NCBI GenBank assembly: GCA_015057705.1
Contig: SVDU01000016.1
Coordinates: 849-64,848, forward strand
Source of the DNA: Paenibacillaceae bacterium
Lineage (GTDB): Bacteria > Bacillota > Clostridia > Lachnospirales > Lachnospiraceae
Reading direction: 5' to 3'
DNA: 64,000 nucleotides
Part shown: one piece after another, positions 1-10,305 of the stretch
Position numbering within the stretch: position 1 is the stretch's first letter
Layout of the letters: every line of letters starts with the position of its first letter
The notes under the pieces: model-generated
What the model was told of the DNA's origin: nothing
Database searches by the model: none
Seen by the model: only the letters and a program-made list of their open reading frames with translations
Translations under genes and position numbers: made by a program

Positions 1-1805
1 AGGTAATTCACCTTAAAGCCAAACTTCTGAGTAGTATCAATCTCATAGTAAACCGTCTTCTCGTTGGGGCCTGCTGATGTGATCATCATACTTTCTGGCT
101 GGGAAGCCATTAATTTGTAGCCGGTTTTCGTTTTTGGTGCATTAATCCATGAGTAGTTACCTACCGGGGCACTTCCCGTCAGAGCCGTAAGACCTGGCAC
201 CGGGCTCGAGGTTCCCTTAATCAGGAAATTCACTGTATAGTTAAATTTCTGTGTATTATCTATTTCATAATACACCGTCTTCTCGTTGGGACCTTCTGCT
301 GTAATTATCATACTCGTTGGCTGGGTGGCCATCAGCTTATAGCCAGTTGTCGTCTTTGTCGCATTAGTCCATGAGTAGTTACCTACTGGTTTACTTCCTG
401 TCAGGGCTGTAAGACCGGGCACCGGGTTCGAGGTTCCCTTAATGAAATAATTCACCTTATAGCCAAACTTCTGCGTATCATCGATCTCATAGTACACCGT
501 TTTCTCGTTGGGACCAGCTGCTGTAATTGTCATACTAGCCGGCTGGACGTCCATTAACTTGTAGCCGGTTGTCGTCTTTGCCTCATTCTTCCAGGTGAAT
601 GTTCCCACTGGTGCACTTCCGGTCAGAGGTGTAAGACCTGGCACTGCAGTTGTTGTTCCCTTAATCAGGTAATTTACCTTAAAGTTAAACTTCTGCGTTA
701 CATCAATCTCATAATATACAGTCTTTTCGTTGGGGCCACCTGCCGTGATTGTCATAGTCGTCGGCTGCGCGTCCATCAGCTTATAGCCGGTTGTCGTCTT
801 TGGCGCATTGGTCCAGGTGAAGTCACCTACCGGCATGCTTCCTGTCAGGGCTGTAAGACCGGGCACCGTGGCTGTGGTTCCTTTAATCAAGAAATTAACC
901 TGATAGCAGAATTTCTGGGTATTATCAATTTCATAATACACCGTCTTCTCGTTGGGACCATCTGCTGTGATTGTCATACTCGTCGGCTGGGCGTCCATCA
1001 GCTTATAGCCAGTTGTAGTTTTGGGCGCATTGGTCCAGATGAAGTCACCTACCGGCTTACTTCCTGTCAGAGCCGTAAGACCCGGAACTGCAGTTGTGGA
1101 TCCTTTAATCAGGTAATTCACCTTATAACCAAACTTCTGTGCATTATCAATCTCGTAATATACCGTTTTCTTGTTGGGACCAGCTGCTGTGATTGTCATA
1201 CTTGTTGGCTGGGCATCCATCAGCTTATAGCCGGTAGTTGTTTTTTCCTTATTCTTCCAGGTAAATGTTCCTACTGGGCCACTTCCTGTCAGAGCCGTAA
1301 GACCTGGCACTTCAGTTGTGGTTCCTTTAATCAGGTAATTTACCGTGTAGTTAAATTTCTGGGATTCATCAATCTCATAATACACACCAATCTCGTTACT
1401 TCCAGCTGCTGTGATTGTCATACTCACCGGCTGATCAGCCATCAGCCTGTAGCCAGTTGTGGTATTTGGCACATTGATCCAGGTGAATGTTCCCACTGGC
1501 TCACTTCCTGTCAATGGCGTAAGGCCTGGCACCGTGGCTGTGGTTCCATTAATCAGGTAATTTACCTTATAACCAAACCTCTGAGTAGTATCAATCTCAT
1601 AATACACCGTACTCTCGTTAGGACCAGCCGCTGTGATTGTCATGCTCGCCGGCTGGGATGCCATCAGCTTGTAACCAGTTGTGGTCTTTGGCGCATTGGT
1701 CCAGGTAAATTCTCCGATCGGTGCACTTCCTGTCAATGGCGTAAGACCTGGCACTGCAGTTGTGGTTCCTTTAATCAGGTACTTCACCGTATAGTCAAAT
1801 TTCTG
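1..1805 (-). repeat. Intragenic tandem repeat, 222-bp (74-aa) period, 8 full units plus a partial unit
   Basis: Equivalent motif (aggtaatt/aggaaatt-like) recurs at 1, 223, 445, 667, 889, 1111, 1333, 1555, 1777; unit e.g. QKFDYTVKYLIKGTTTAVPGLTPLTGSAPIGEFTWTNAPKTTTGYKLMASQPASMTITAAGPNESTVYYEIDTT. Confidence 0.95.
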
Positions 1806-4800
1806 CGCTTCATCCACTACAAACTTAGCATAGTAAGTTGTACCGTCTACCCACCCAGTGGCAGGTCTTATTGGTGTATACTTACCATCAGTGGATACTT
1901 GGACTGTACACTCTGCATTACTATACCAACCGCTAAGTTTATATCCCCTGTTTGGAGATGCCGCAGCGCCTTTTGAATTTCCAATGTCCGGGTTTAAATT
2001 TTCACTGGAAGGAGATACATTTCCGCCTCCAATTGCCCGATAATTAATCTGAACACTGTTTTTTAATTTCCATTGTGCATACAAAGTTACTGTGTTTTCC
2101 GCTGTGGAATGATTTGCATTAATAAATTCCTGTGTAAGCTTAAATGAACTTCCCTCGTTAAAAGCTTCACCGCTTCCATCAGGTCTGGTATTCCAGCCAT
2201 TAAATACATATCCATCTTTCTTTAATGGAATCCATTTCCCGCCTTCATACCCACCGGCTTCTGCTGCAATAACATCAGCGTTCAGATTATACTTGTGACC
2301 ATCTGGAGTTAACCCCCCAGTATTACCATTTCCGGCATAGTCGACGTAAAAGCTCTTATTATTTCTAATGATGCCGTCTACATGCCAGCCTTCCGTCCCA
2401 CAAGCTTCTGATTCATATTTTATTACATACCATTCAATATACTCATTATTTTTAAGATGTTTTGATTCCCAGTCATCAACAACCTGATAAAATTTATCAT
2501 TTAAATTCGCCTGTACACTGTCTTTTCCAGTTACTGTTATTAAAGGGTTGATATAATTTAACAGATTATCGCCATTTCCTATGGTTTTATAAAATTGACC
2601 GTTATCCTTATAAATGAATTCATAGCTGCGATTAGTCTGGTTTCTCGGTTCTGCCGGTAAATCGCCGCCATCGTTTAGAACTGCAATCCATAATCGTCCT
2701 TTTGCATCCCCATTATCCTGTGCCCAAACCGCATACAAGGTTTTCAAATTAGCAGGTTCATTCTCTTTTATTGTGAATGTGTCTGTATAAACTTCATTAT
2801 ACCCTGCATTGCCCTTGGCAGTTATTTTACCTCCGTCTGGCGTCTCACTCCAGCCCATAAATCGGTAATTAGGTCTCGTTAATGTGGTGCCATCTGGTAA
2901 ATCAATCACTTCCCCTGGTTTTGCATTCTTTGAGGATACAGTTCCCTGACCACCATTGGCATTGAACTGGACTGTTAAACCACTCTGGGAATACCATAAA
3001 TAAATATCATTGTTTTTAAGTTTTATAAAATTATTGGATGAAATGCTATACGATACAATATACTCCCAAAAACCTTCATCACATTTAATAGCCTGGATCA
3101 CGTTGCTGGTATCATATTTGCTCCCGACTGTGGCTTTTTCAAAGGTATATCCAATTACATTAGGTGCAATATCCTTAACAGATACAGGATTGCCAAATGA
3201 AAAGCTTTCAGAACGCACAGCATCTGTTCCAATAGGCACTGCTGTCCCATTATCGTTTTTTACTAAATTTAAAGGAAGAAGTTTACTTCCCCAAAAATTA
3301 CTAAATACGATTGTATAAGTTGAAAAATGTTCCGCCTCAAACGTAATTTCATTAATGCCTTTATTTTCCTGTACACTTAATTCTTCTGAAACAGGCTCTA
3401 CAGAAGTCACATCTGCCGCTTTCACCTCGGCCTGCGGTTCATCCTCCTTAGTTGTGGCAACATAAACTACCTCAACCGTATCCGCTTCCTTACTGTGATT
3501 CTCCATTGGAGTTCCGGAAAACGTTACCTGTACAGCACCATCCCAGATCTGGTTATCCAGTTTGTTGCCGCTGCGGTCAAGAAGATCAATGTTATAAGAT
3601 AAAGAGCTGATTACCTCTTTTGACTCTCCATCCTCTTTTGACTGAGCCTCAACCTTCTCTTTTACTGCATCCCCAATACCGGTAACAATGACTGCTGATG
3701 CTTTTACGCCTGCGGGTAATACACCCTCCGGTGCATGCAAACGAATAATGGTGCCATCTTCCATAACAAGTTGAGAAGAAAATTCCGGATGTTCTCCAGT
3801 CTCAGACATATGAACTTCAACTTCCTGATCTTCATAAATCTCTGGAACCGAATACCAAGTGGTCTGTGAACCATCCGTATTGTCTGTTGACGAATCAGAT
3901 TTCAATATTTGTCCGTTCGCCGTTACACTCTCAATTGCATATCCAATCTGATTCTTGACGCCAAAGGTCAGCTCCTGACCTTCCTCAACTCCCCTTGGGC
4001 CTTCAATAATACGGGCACTGGCTTCCGGATTGATTGTATATGAGATCTTATATCCATCATAGTCTTCCAAAGCTTTTAACTGATTGATTGTAACCGTATA
4101 TGCCTTGGCTGTGGAGCAGTATCCTATTCCAACCAAATCGGCTGTTCCGGCTGGAGAAGCCTTTGTTTCTGAGTCTGGCGTCTCTGGTACTGGCTTGCTT
4201 TCCGAAGGGGATGCCGTACCAGTAGTTGTATTGGTCGTACCCCCTGCCGTGTTCTTGCCTGCAGACGAAGACTGGCTTTCTGCAGGAGCCTGGGTGGTTT
4301 CAGGCTGGGCGGTTTCGATCTGGGACGTTTCCGCCTGCGTTGATTCAGCCTTTGGGGGCTCAGCCTGCGTTGACTTAACCTGTGTTGTCTCGGCCTGTGT
4401 CGTTTCTGCCGTGGTTGACGCCTCTGTCTCCTTTGATTCTCTCACATTCTCGGGATCAACAGCAGCTGTCTCTTCACTGACTTCTGCAGCTTCCGTTACC
4501 TCACCATTTTCTTTGGCAGTAACTACCGGTGCATTATGGCGAATAATTGAAGCCACTGGCTCAGAGACTTTGCTCTCAGAAACCGGAACCTCTTCCGGCT
4601 CAGCTACCTCTTTGACTGATTCCTCTGCCGGAGCCTCAGTCTGGCTTTCTGCTGGAGCAGCTATCGTCTCCTCAGGCAGTTTTACCGGGGTTTCCTCCGG
4701 TGCTATTGTGGCATCAACCGGTGCTGATGTGGTCTCCTCTGTTGCTGTAGTTTCCTTCACAGGTACAGTCTCAACCGGTTTCACAGCCTCTGCAGGAGTT

Positions 4801-5417
4801 GCTGTATCCGGTACCTTTGTTTCTCCGGTTACAGTTGGTTGTTCTGGCTTTGTAACAACATTTACTTCCTCTTTACCAAATGCTGATTCATAACTCCTTA
4901 CCGTAATGCGGTTGGTCTTTTTCACCTTTTCAACACCGTCATCCATTCTGGAAATTTCTGTAGAACAGCTAATGGTATTTTCTCCGTTATTTACGTATAA
5001 AAAAACAATTTCTTCATCGCCGGTTACCATATACATGTCATCAGCATTTTCCGGTATGCGGACAAACACACGTAACTGTGCATCCATACCTTCGCCCTCA
5101 AGTTCAGGAAACGCTTCGTAAATCTTACCTTTCCCAAAAAAGAGTTCCTTAAACTCCGCAATTTTACCATTGGTGAAATCCAGATCCTCTGCTGTCACCT
5201 CATCTCCATTGACAATCGCATCTTCAATGGCTTTAATAAGCTGCGATCCCCCCACTGAGAAAGTAACGGACTCCGATGAACTGGCTGCATACACCTGATT
5301 TGTGTCTGCACCTACATTGGCCAGTATCATGGCCGCTGCAAGCAGAAACGCCAGTAATCGTTTTTGAAAACAGTATAATGTCCGCGACGGTATCCTAGAT
5401 CTTTTTCTTTTTTTCAT
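1..5417 (-). CDS. Large secreted/surface adhesin-like protein (partial, runs off left edge): signal peptide, acidic P/T/E-rich linker, Listeria-Bacteroides (Flg_new/InlB-B)-like repeats, then 74-aa MucBP-like tandem repeats
   Basis: Missed by the ORF track (no stop in window). Hand translation from ATG at 5417 (RBS AGGAG upstream): MKKRKRSRIPSRTLYCFQKRLLAFLLAAAMILANVGA...; the frame stays consistent down to base 1 (...KVNYL). Contains TVQFNANGG...YRFMGWS and DGYVFNGWNTRPDGSG...TLYAQW motifs. Confidence 0.9.
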   Translation of the reverse strand, partial: MKKRKRSRIPSRTLYCFQKRLLAFLLAAAMILANVGADTNQVYAASSSESVTFSVGGSQLIKAIEDAIVNGDEVTAEDLDFTNGKIAEFKELFFGKGKIYEAFPELEGEGMDAQLRVFVRIPENADDMYMVTGDEEIVFLYVNNGENTISCSTEISRMDDGVEKVKKTNRITVRSYESAFGKEEVNVVTKPEQPTVTGETKVPDTATPAEAVKPVETVPVKETTATEETTSAPVDATIAPEETPVKLPEETIAAPAESQTEAPAEESVKEVAEPEEVPVSESKVSEPVASIIRHNAPVVTAKENGEVTEAAEVSEETAAVDPENVRESKETEASTTAETTQAETTQVKSTQAEPPKAESTQAETSQIETAQPETTQAPAESQSSSAGKNTAGGTTNTTTGTASPSESKPVPETPDSETKASPAGTADLVGIGYCSTAKAYTVTINQLKALEDYDGYKISYTINPEASARIIEGPRGVEEGQELTFGVKNQIGYAIESVTANGQILKSDSSTDNTDGSQTTWYSVPEIYEDQEVEVHMSETGEHPEFSSQLVMEDGTIIRLHAPEGVLPAGVKASAVIVTGIGDAVKEKVEAQSKEDGESKEVISSLSYNIDLLDRSGNKLDNQIWDGAVQVTFSGTPMENHSKEADTVEVVYVATTKEDEPQAEVKAADVTSVEPVSEELSVQENKGINEITFEAEHFSTYTIVFSNFWGSKLLPLNLVKNDNGTAVPIGTDAVRSESFSFGNPVSVKDIAPNVIGYTFEKATVGSKYDTSNVIQAIKCDEGFWEYIVSYSISSNNFIKLKNNDIYLWYSQSGLTVQFNANGGQGTVSSKNAKPGEVIDLPDGTTLTRPNYRFMGWSETPDGGKITAKGNAGYNEVYTDTFTIKENEPANLKTLYAVWAQDNGDAKGRLWIAVLNDGGDLPAEPRNQTNRSYEFIYKDNGQFYKTIGNGDNLLNYINPLITVTGKDSVQANLNDKFYQVVDDWESKHLKNNEYIEWYVIKYESEACGTEGWHVDGIIRNNKSFYVDYAGNGNTGGLTPDGHKYNLNADVIAAEAGGYEGGKWIPLKKDGYVFNGWNTRPDGSGEAFNEGSSFKLTQEFINANHSTAENTVTLYAQWKLKNSVQINYRAIGGGNVSPSSENLNPDIGNSKGAAASPNRGYKLSGWYSNAECTVQVSTDGKYTPIRPATGWVDGTTYYAKFVVDEAQKFDYTVKYLIKGTTTAVPGLTPLTGSAPIGEFTWTNAPKTTTGYKLMASQPASMTITAAGPNESTVYYEIDTTQRFGYKVNYLINGTTATVPGLTPLTGSEPVGTFTWINVPNTTTGYRLMADQPVSMTITAAGSNEIGVYYEIDESQKFNYTVNYLIKGTTTEVPGLTALTGSGPVGTFTWKNKEKTTTGYKLMDAQPTSMTITAAGPNKKTVYYEIDNAQKFGYKVNYLIKGSTTAVPGLTALTGSKPVGDFIWTNAPKTTTGYKLMDAQPTSMTITADGPNEKTVYYEIDNTQKFCYQVNFLIKGTTATVPGLTALTGSMPVGDFTWTNAPKTTTGYKLMDAQPTTMTITAGGPNEKTVYYEIDVTQKFNFKVNYLIKGTTTAVPGLTPLTGSAPVGTFTWKNEAKTTTGYKLMDVQPASMTITAAGPNEKTVYYEIDDTQKFGYKVNYFIKGTSNPVPGLTALTGSKPVGNYSWTNATKTTTGYKLMATQPTSMIITAEGPNEKTVYYEIDNTQKFNYTVNFLIKGTSSPVPGLTALTGSAPVGNYSWINAPKTKTGYKLMASQPESMMITSAGPNEKTVYYEIDTTQKFGFKVNY

Positions 5418-5735
5418 ACATACACATTTCTCCTCTCATAATATTTTTCCATAATAAGGATAAAATGCCGGGTTATGGCATAAGTATATGAAACGGCATT
5501 AATCCGATCTGGTAATGTTCTAAAAAACATATTTTGTAATATTATATGATAGGAATGTCAAATTTAATCCATCTTTGTACAAGGAATGCTAAATAATGTT
5601 ATATTTTCCAGGTACTTTTTATTTGTCTGCATTGTTAAGTTAAGAGATTCATATAGAAGGACAATCCATATACCCAACCCCTCTCCTGGAATCTATCAGA
5701 TTTAACAATCGTAGCGGTGTCTTATACAAAAAAAA

Positions 5736-5785
5736 TACCATGATGGCAAGGCACAAACTCATATTTGTGCTTTGCCATCATGGTA
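5736..5785. other. 22-bp inverted repeat (long hairpin)
   Basis: TACCATGATGGCAAGGCACAAA-ctcata-TTTGTGCTTTGCCATCATGGTA, with one G-T pair. Confidence 0.75.
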
Positions 5786-5811
5786 TAAAACAACACTATG
5801 AATAACAAATT

Positions 5812-5849
5812 AAAGAACGTCCTCCCAGTCAAACGGGAGGACGCTCTTT
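5812..5849 (-). terminator. Intrinsic terminator of carD-like gene
   Basis: GC-rich stem CGTCCTCCC/GGGAGGACG overlapping the stop codon, followed by a short T-run on the minus strand. Confidence 0.7.
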
Positions 5850-6366
5850 AATTTGTTACATCTGAAAAGACACGGCTCATTACCATATCCTTTATTCCAT
5901 CTTTATCCACTTCCAAAGCTGCTGCCAGCTCACCATATAACAGATCCTCTGCCTTATTAAAATAGAAATCATCCTTTGCAGTATTCTTTTTGCCTTCTGC
6001 AAGTCTCTTTCTTTTTTTCAAATACAGTGTCTTTACAATCTGCATCCAGCCGGCACATTCACATTTTAGCATGATGGCCTTAAAAATGCATTCCCGTTCT
6101 CTTTCATCCAACACCCAGATTGCTTCGATGCTGGGGATCTGATCGATGAGATCCATTGCTTCCTCCCTGGTAGCAGCGGCTCTGATAGCTGTTTTTCGGT
6201 TATCAACAGGTGTGTAAACGGCACTTTGGTGCTCCTCGTAAAGAGGCTTCAGGGTATAATAGGTCCTCTCCTGATCTGCCTCATACATACGCAGATTCCC
6301 GATTTCCTTTACCTCACAGATCCCATGGCTGCCGAATACTACTAAATCATTTACCTGAAACATCAT
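5848..6366 (-). CDS. CarD family transcriptional regulator (CarD/TRCF-RID domain)
   Basis: FQVNDLVVFGSHGICEVKEI...YYTLKP...VYTPVDN pattern typical of CarD-like proteins. Confidence 0.85.
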   Translation of the reverse strand: MMFQVNDLVVFGSHGICEVKEIGNLRMYEADQERTYYTLKPLYEEHQSAVYTPVDNRKTAIRAAATREEAMDLIDQIPSIEAIWVLDERERECIFKAIMLKCECAGWMQIVKTLYLKKRKRLAEGKKNTAKDDFYFNKAEDLLYGELAAALEVDKDGIKDMVMSRVFSDVTN

Positions 6367-6540
6367 TCATTCCTCCTGTCAGAATACCAACACACTGTTA
6401 CAATAAAAATTCAAACGCTATACTACTAGTGTAACACTTTTTCAAGTGTTTTGTCAGTGTTTTTTGGATTTCTCCCTATTTTTGTGAAATATAACCAAGG
6501 GTACCCTCTGCGTTATTTGTGCATTTTACTAATTTATCAG

Positions 6541-6596
6541 AAAATAAGCACCCAAAACTGTCTGTATTTTTTTACTGTCAGATAGTTTTGGGTGCT
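6541..6596 (-). terminator. Hairpin terminator after deoC
   Basis: AGCACCCAAAACT...AGTTTTGGGTGCT 13-bp stem; TTATTTT follows on the minus strand. Confidence 0.7.
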
Positions 6597-6614
6597 CCTC
6601 TTATCTACTATTCT

Positions 6615-7265
6615 TTATTTTTTCTGGGCTGCCAGCTTTACCGCTGCACTTGCTCCCACGCGATGACATCCTGCCTCAATAAAGGCTCTTAAATCTTCCA
6701 GCGTCCGGACCCCGCCGGCAGCTTTAATCTTTACCTCTGGTCCGATGTGCTTTTTAAATAACTGGATATCTTCCAAAGTCGCTCCGCCTGTTCCAAATCC
6801 GGTGGAGGTCTTGATATAATCGGCTCCAGCTGCAGTTACAGCCTTGCACATGGCAATCTTTTCTTCCTCTGTTAAATAGCATGCTTCAATAATCACCTTT
6901 AAAACCTGATCGCCTGCGGCTTTCTTCAGTTCTGCTATCTCTTCTTCTACCTTCTTATATTCACCATTTTTCACATCGCTGATATTGACTACCATGTCAA
7001 CCTCCACAGCTCCGTCTTCAATGGCCTTTTTGGTCTCCAAAACCTTAGATTCTGTTACGGAATATCCAAGAGGAAAACCTACAACGGTACAAATTGCAAG
7101 AGTAGGGAATTCCTTGTGTACGCGGCTGATATAGCAGGGGGGAATGCAGACAGTAGCTGTTTTATATTCCACCGCCTCCCTGCACAGTTCTTCAATATCT
7201 TCCCATGTGGCAAACGCCTTTAACTGGGTATGGTCTACATAACTTAACATCTCTAAATCGGTCAT
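6615..7265 (-). CDS. deoC: Deoxyribose-phosphate aldolase
   Basis: VDHTQLK, TVVGFPLG, KTSTGF, KAAGG motifs. Confidence 0.95.
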   Translation of the reverse strand: MTDLEMLSYVDHTQLKAFATWEDIEELCREAVEYKTATVCIPPCYISRVHKEFPTLAICTVVGFPLGYSVTESKVLETKKAIEDGAVEVDMVVNISDVKNGEYKKVEEEIAELKKAAGDQVLKVIIEACYLTEEEKIAMCKAVTAAGADYIKTSTGFGTGGATLEDIQLFKKHIGPEVKIKAAGGVRTLEDLRAFIEAGCHRVGASAAVKLAAQKK

Positions 7266-7278
7266 TGTTTTATCCTTT

Positions 7279-8607
7279 CTATCCTATCAGGTTCTTCACG
7301 CCTTCTCTGGTAACTCTTGCATAAATCAAAGGCTCCTCCTCCGGTTTTCCATCGGCAATGGTAACAGCTTTTAAGAATTCCTCTTCTGCAGCATCAAATA
7401 ATTCCTGCCTTGAGGTGTAGAGCACGGCGATAGTTTCACCTTCCTCCACTTCCTGACCCACCTTTTTCTTCAGAGCAATACCAGCTGTATAATCGATGAG
7501 GCTTTCCTTGGTGACTCTTCCTGCTCCCAGCATGGAAGATGCAATTCCGCACTGCTCCGTATTCATGTGGACCAGATACCCCTTCTTCACTGCCTTAATT
7601 TCTCTTTCATAAGGCGCTTTTGCAAAGAGTGATGGGTCTAAAATCACAGATGGATCTCCGCCCTGTGCCTTTACCATGGCTGCCAGGCGGTTTAAGGCAC
7701 TGCCATCCGCTATGGTTTTCTCTGCCATGGCAAAACACTCCTCTGGGGTTCCTTTACCAGCCAGCCAGAGCATTCCGGAAGCCAGATTTAAGCATACTTC
7801 TGTCAAATCCTTTGGTCCTCTGCCCTTTAAGGTCTCTACTGCTTCTATTACCTCCAGGCTGTTGCCGATTAAATTGCCCAGGGGAATATCCATATTGGTA
7901 ATGAGAGCCATGGTCTTCTTTCCCGCATGCTCTCCGATCGCTACCATCTTCTCTGCCAGAGTGACAGAATCCTGAAGTGTCTTCATAAATGCACCGCTTC
8001 CGGTTTTCACATCAAGAAGAATACAGTCGCTTCCTGCTGCCAGCTTCTTGCTCATAATGGAGGCCGCAATCAGTGGAATGCTTTCCACCGTAGCAGTCAC
8101 ATCTCTAAGCGCGTACAGCTTTTTATCTCCAGGTGCCAGATTACCGGACTGTCCGATAACTGACAAACCTGTGGTATTGACAACTTCAAAGAATTCTTCC
8201 TCAGTCAGAGTTGTTCTCATGCCTGGAATGGATTCCAGCTTATCTACAGTTCCCCCTGTATGGCCAAGTCCTCTGCCGGACATCTTTGCTACCTTAACGC
8301 CGCAGGCCGCTACAATGGGAGCCACCACCAGAGTGGTTTTATCACCAACACCTCCAGTGGAGTGCTTATCCACCTTGATCCCCTGAATGGGAGTTAAGTC
8401 CACCATATCCCCGGAATGAGCCACTGCATCCGTAAGGATTGCTGTTTCCGTATCGCTCATCCCTTTAAAATAAATTGCCATCAGCATGGCAGACATCTGA
8501 TAGTCTGGAATTTCTCCTATTACATAGCCATCTATCATGGAACGGATCTCTTCCTCTGTCAGAGTTTCTCCATTACGCTTTTTTGCTATTAAATCATACA
8601 TCCTCAT
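7279..8607 (-). CDS. pdp: Pyrimidine-nucleoside phosphorylase
   Basis: MRMYDLIAKKR start; VDKHSTGGVGDK, KMSGRGLGHTGGT, ASIMSKKLA motifs. Confidence 0.95.
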   Translation of the reverse strand: MRMYDLIAKKRNGETLTEEEIRSMIDGYVIGEIPDYQMSAMLMAIYFKGMSDTETAILTDAVAHSGDMVDLTPIQGIKVDKHSTGGVGDKTTLVVAPIVAACGVKVAKMSGRGLGHTGGTVDKLESIPGMRTTLTEEEFFEVVNTTGLSVIGQSGNLAPGDKKLYALRDVTATVESIPLIAASIMSKKLAAGSDCILLDVKTGSGAFMKTLQDSVTLAEKMVAIGEHAGKKTMALITNMDIPLGNLIGNSLEVIEAVETLKGRGPKDLTEVCLNLASGMLWLAGKGTPEECFAMAEKTIADGSALNRLAAMVKAQGGDPSVILDPSLFAKAPYEREIKAVKKGYLVHMNTEQCGIASSMLGAGRVTKESLIDYTAGIALKKKVGQEVEEGETIAVLYTSRQELFDAAEEEFLKAVTIADGKPEEEPLIYARVTREGVKNLIG

Positions 8608-8632
8608 ATTACTTAAAACCTCCCTCATTTTT

Positions 8633-9061
8633 TCAGTCGGAATTTAAATCCTTCTTTGTAAATCCCAGGGGAAGCAGTTCTTTTAATGTATAAATAACAG
8701 TCTCATCTTCTGCTGCCAGGATTATCTGGAATTCTTCCGGGTCACAAAATTCTGCCATTACCTGACGGCAGACGCCGCAGGGAGCGCAGATGCCTCCCTT
8801 TTCCCCCTTTTTATTTCCTACAATGGCAATGGCATCAAATTCCGTCACGCCCTCAGATACTGCTTTAAAAAATGCAGTGCGTTCCGCACAGTTAGTCGGT
8901 GAGAAAGAGGCATTCTCGATGTTGCAACCAAGATAAACAGTTCCGTTCTTTGCAAGAAGTGCAGCACCTACCATAAATCCTGAGTAAGGAACATAAGCCC
9001 TTTTCTGTGCACGATAGGCTTCCTCTTTCAGCAGCCTGATCGTCGTGTCATTCAGCTTCAA
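8633..9061 (-). CDS. cdd: Cytidine deaminase
   Basis: AYVPYSGFMVGAAL, NIENAS, CAER, PCGVCRQ zinc motifs. Confidence 0.95.
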   Translation of the reverse strand: MKLNDTTIRLLKEEAYRAQKRAYVPYSGFMVGAALLAKNGTVYLGCNIENASFSPTNCAERTAFFKAVSEGVTEFDAIAIVGNKKGEKGGICAPCGVCRQVMAEFCDPEEFQIILAAEDETVIYTLKELLPLGFTKKDLNSD

Positions 9062-9075
9062 TCAAACACCTCCTG

Positions 9076-10257
9076 TTATTTTGCTACTTCACCTAAAAAG
9101 CTGGTTCCGGCAATCTCACCCTTTAATCCGAACAAATCCAGTACCGTCGCTGCGATATCAGCAAAGGTGTCTCTTGTTCCAATGGAAACTCCGGCTTTAA
9201 TTCCCTGTCCGTAAATTAACATAGGGGTGTATTCCCTGGAATGATCGGTACTTGGAGTTCCAGGATCACAGCCATGATCTGCTGTAATGATTAAAACGTC
9301 ATCCGGTCTCATGGCTTCCATAAACTGCCCAAGCTGAACGTCAAATTCAGTTGCTGCTCTTGCATACCCCTTTACGTCGTTGCGATGGCCGTAAACCATA
9401 TCAAAATCCACCAGATTGACAAAGCAAAGACCATGGAAATCATCCTGCTGTGCTTTTAAGGTCTGAATCATTCCATCGTTGTTGTTAACGATGGAAGTGG
9501 TTTTCTGAATGCTTTTTCCGGCAAAAATATCGTAGATTTTTCCCACTCCGATGGTATCAAGGCCTGCTTCATTAAGACAGTCAAGCATGGTTTTTGCTGG
9601 CGGAAAAAGGGAAAAGTCATGGCGGTGGGGCGTTCTTTTATAATCAGGGTATTCGCCGGCAAAAGGTCTGGCGATGATTCTTCCTACACCGTGTTTCCCT
9701 TTTAAAATTTCTCTTGCGATCCTGCAGTAACGGTACAGTTCTTCCAACGGCACCACTTCCTCATGGGCAGCGATCTGAAATACACTGTCTGCAGAGGTGT
9801 AAACAATTAAATCACCTGTCTCCACATGCTGTTTTCCAAAATCCCGGATTACATCTGTGCCGGAATAAGGTTTATTGCAGAGAATTCCTCTTCCTGTCTG
9901 CTTCTTAAATTCATCTAAAATCTCATCAGGAAAGCCTTCCGGATAGGTTGGAAGAGGCTCCTCAGATATAATACCTGCAATCTCCCAGTGGCCGATGGTG
10001 GTATCCTTACCCTGAGACCGCTCGGTCATTCTGCCATAGGAGCCTGCTGGTTCTTTCTCTTTCTCACCGGCTGTTACTCCGTCAATATTAAACATACCAA
10101 GTTTTTTTAAGTTCGGCGTATCAAATTCCTCTGCTTTTGCGATTGATCCAAGGGTGTTGCTTCCCTCATCATGGAACTTAGCTGCATCGGGAGCTTCGCC
10201 GATTCCGAAACTGTCCAGTACAATGATAAATACTCGTTTGGTTTCTGACATATTCAT
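9076..10257 (-). CDS. deoB: Phosphopentomutase
   Basis: IIVLDSFGIG, GKDTTIGHWE, NLVDFD, GHRND, TADHGCDP, DHSRE motifs. Confidence 0.95.
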   Translation of the reverse strand: MNMSETKRVFIIVLDSFGIGEAPDAAKFHDEGSNTLGSIAKAEEFDTPNLKKLGMFNIDGVTAGEKEKEPAGSYGRMTERSQGKDTTIGHWEIAGIISEEPLPTYPEGFPDEILDEFKKQTGRGILCNKPYSGTDVIRDFGKQHVETGDLIVYTSADSVFQIAAHEEVVPLEELYRYCRIAREILKGKHGVGRIIARPFAGEYPDYKRTPHRHDFSLFPPAKTMLDCLNEAGLDTIGVGKIYDIFAGKSIQKTTSIVNNNDGMIQTLKAQQDDFHGLCFVNLVDFDMVYGHRNDVKGYARAATEFDVQLGQFMEAMRPDDVLIITADHGCDPGTPSTDHSREYTPMLIYGQGIKAGVSIGTRDTFADIAATVLDLFGLKGEIAGTSFLGEVAK

Positions 10258-10271
10258 TCCTCCTGTTACGA

Positions 10272-10296
10272 AAAGGGATTGCTGTGCAATCCCTTT
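10272..10296 (-). terminator. Perfect 11-bp hairpin between darA-like gene and deoB (possible partial terminator)
   Basis: AAAGGGATTGC-TGT-GCAATCCCTTT. Confidence 0.55.
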
Positions 10297-10305
10297 GTCA
10301 CTACA

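Noticed and set aside
1-1805. Regular repeats as a possible CRISPR array
   Set aside because: 222-bp in-frame coding repeats with no unique spacers and no cas genes.
4084-4893. 269-aa plus-strand ORF, and similar ORFs at 1858, 3010 and 4906
   Set aside because: Antisense shadows of the low-complexity adhesin gene on the minus strand.
5401-5417. A7 tract after the adhesin start as a phase-variation site
   Set aside because: Short and typical of Lys-rich signal peptide n-regions.
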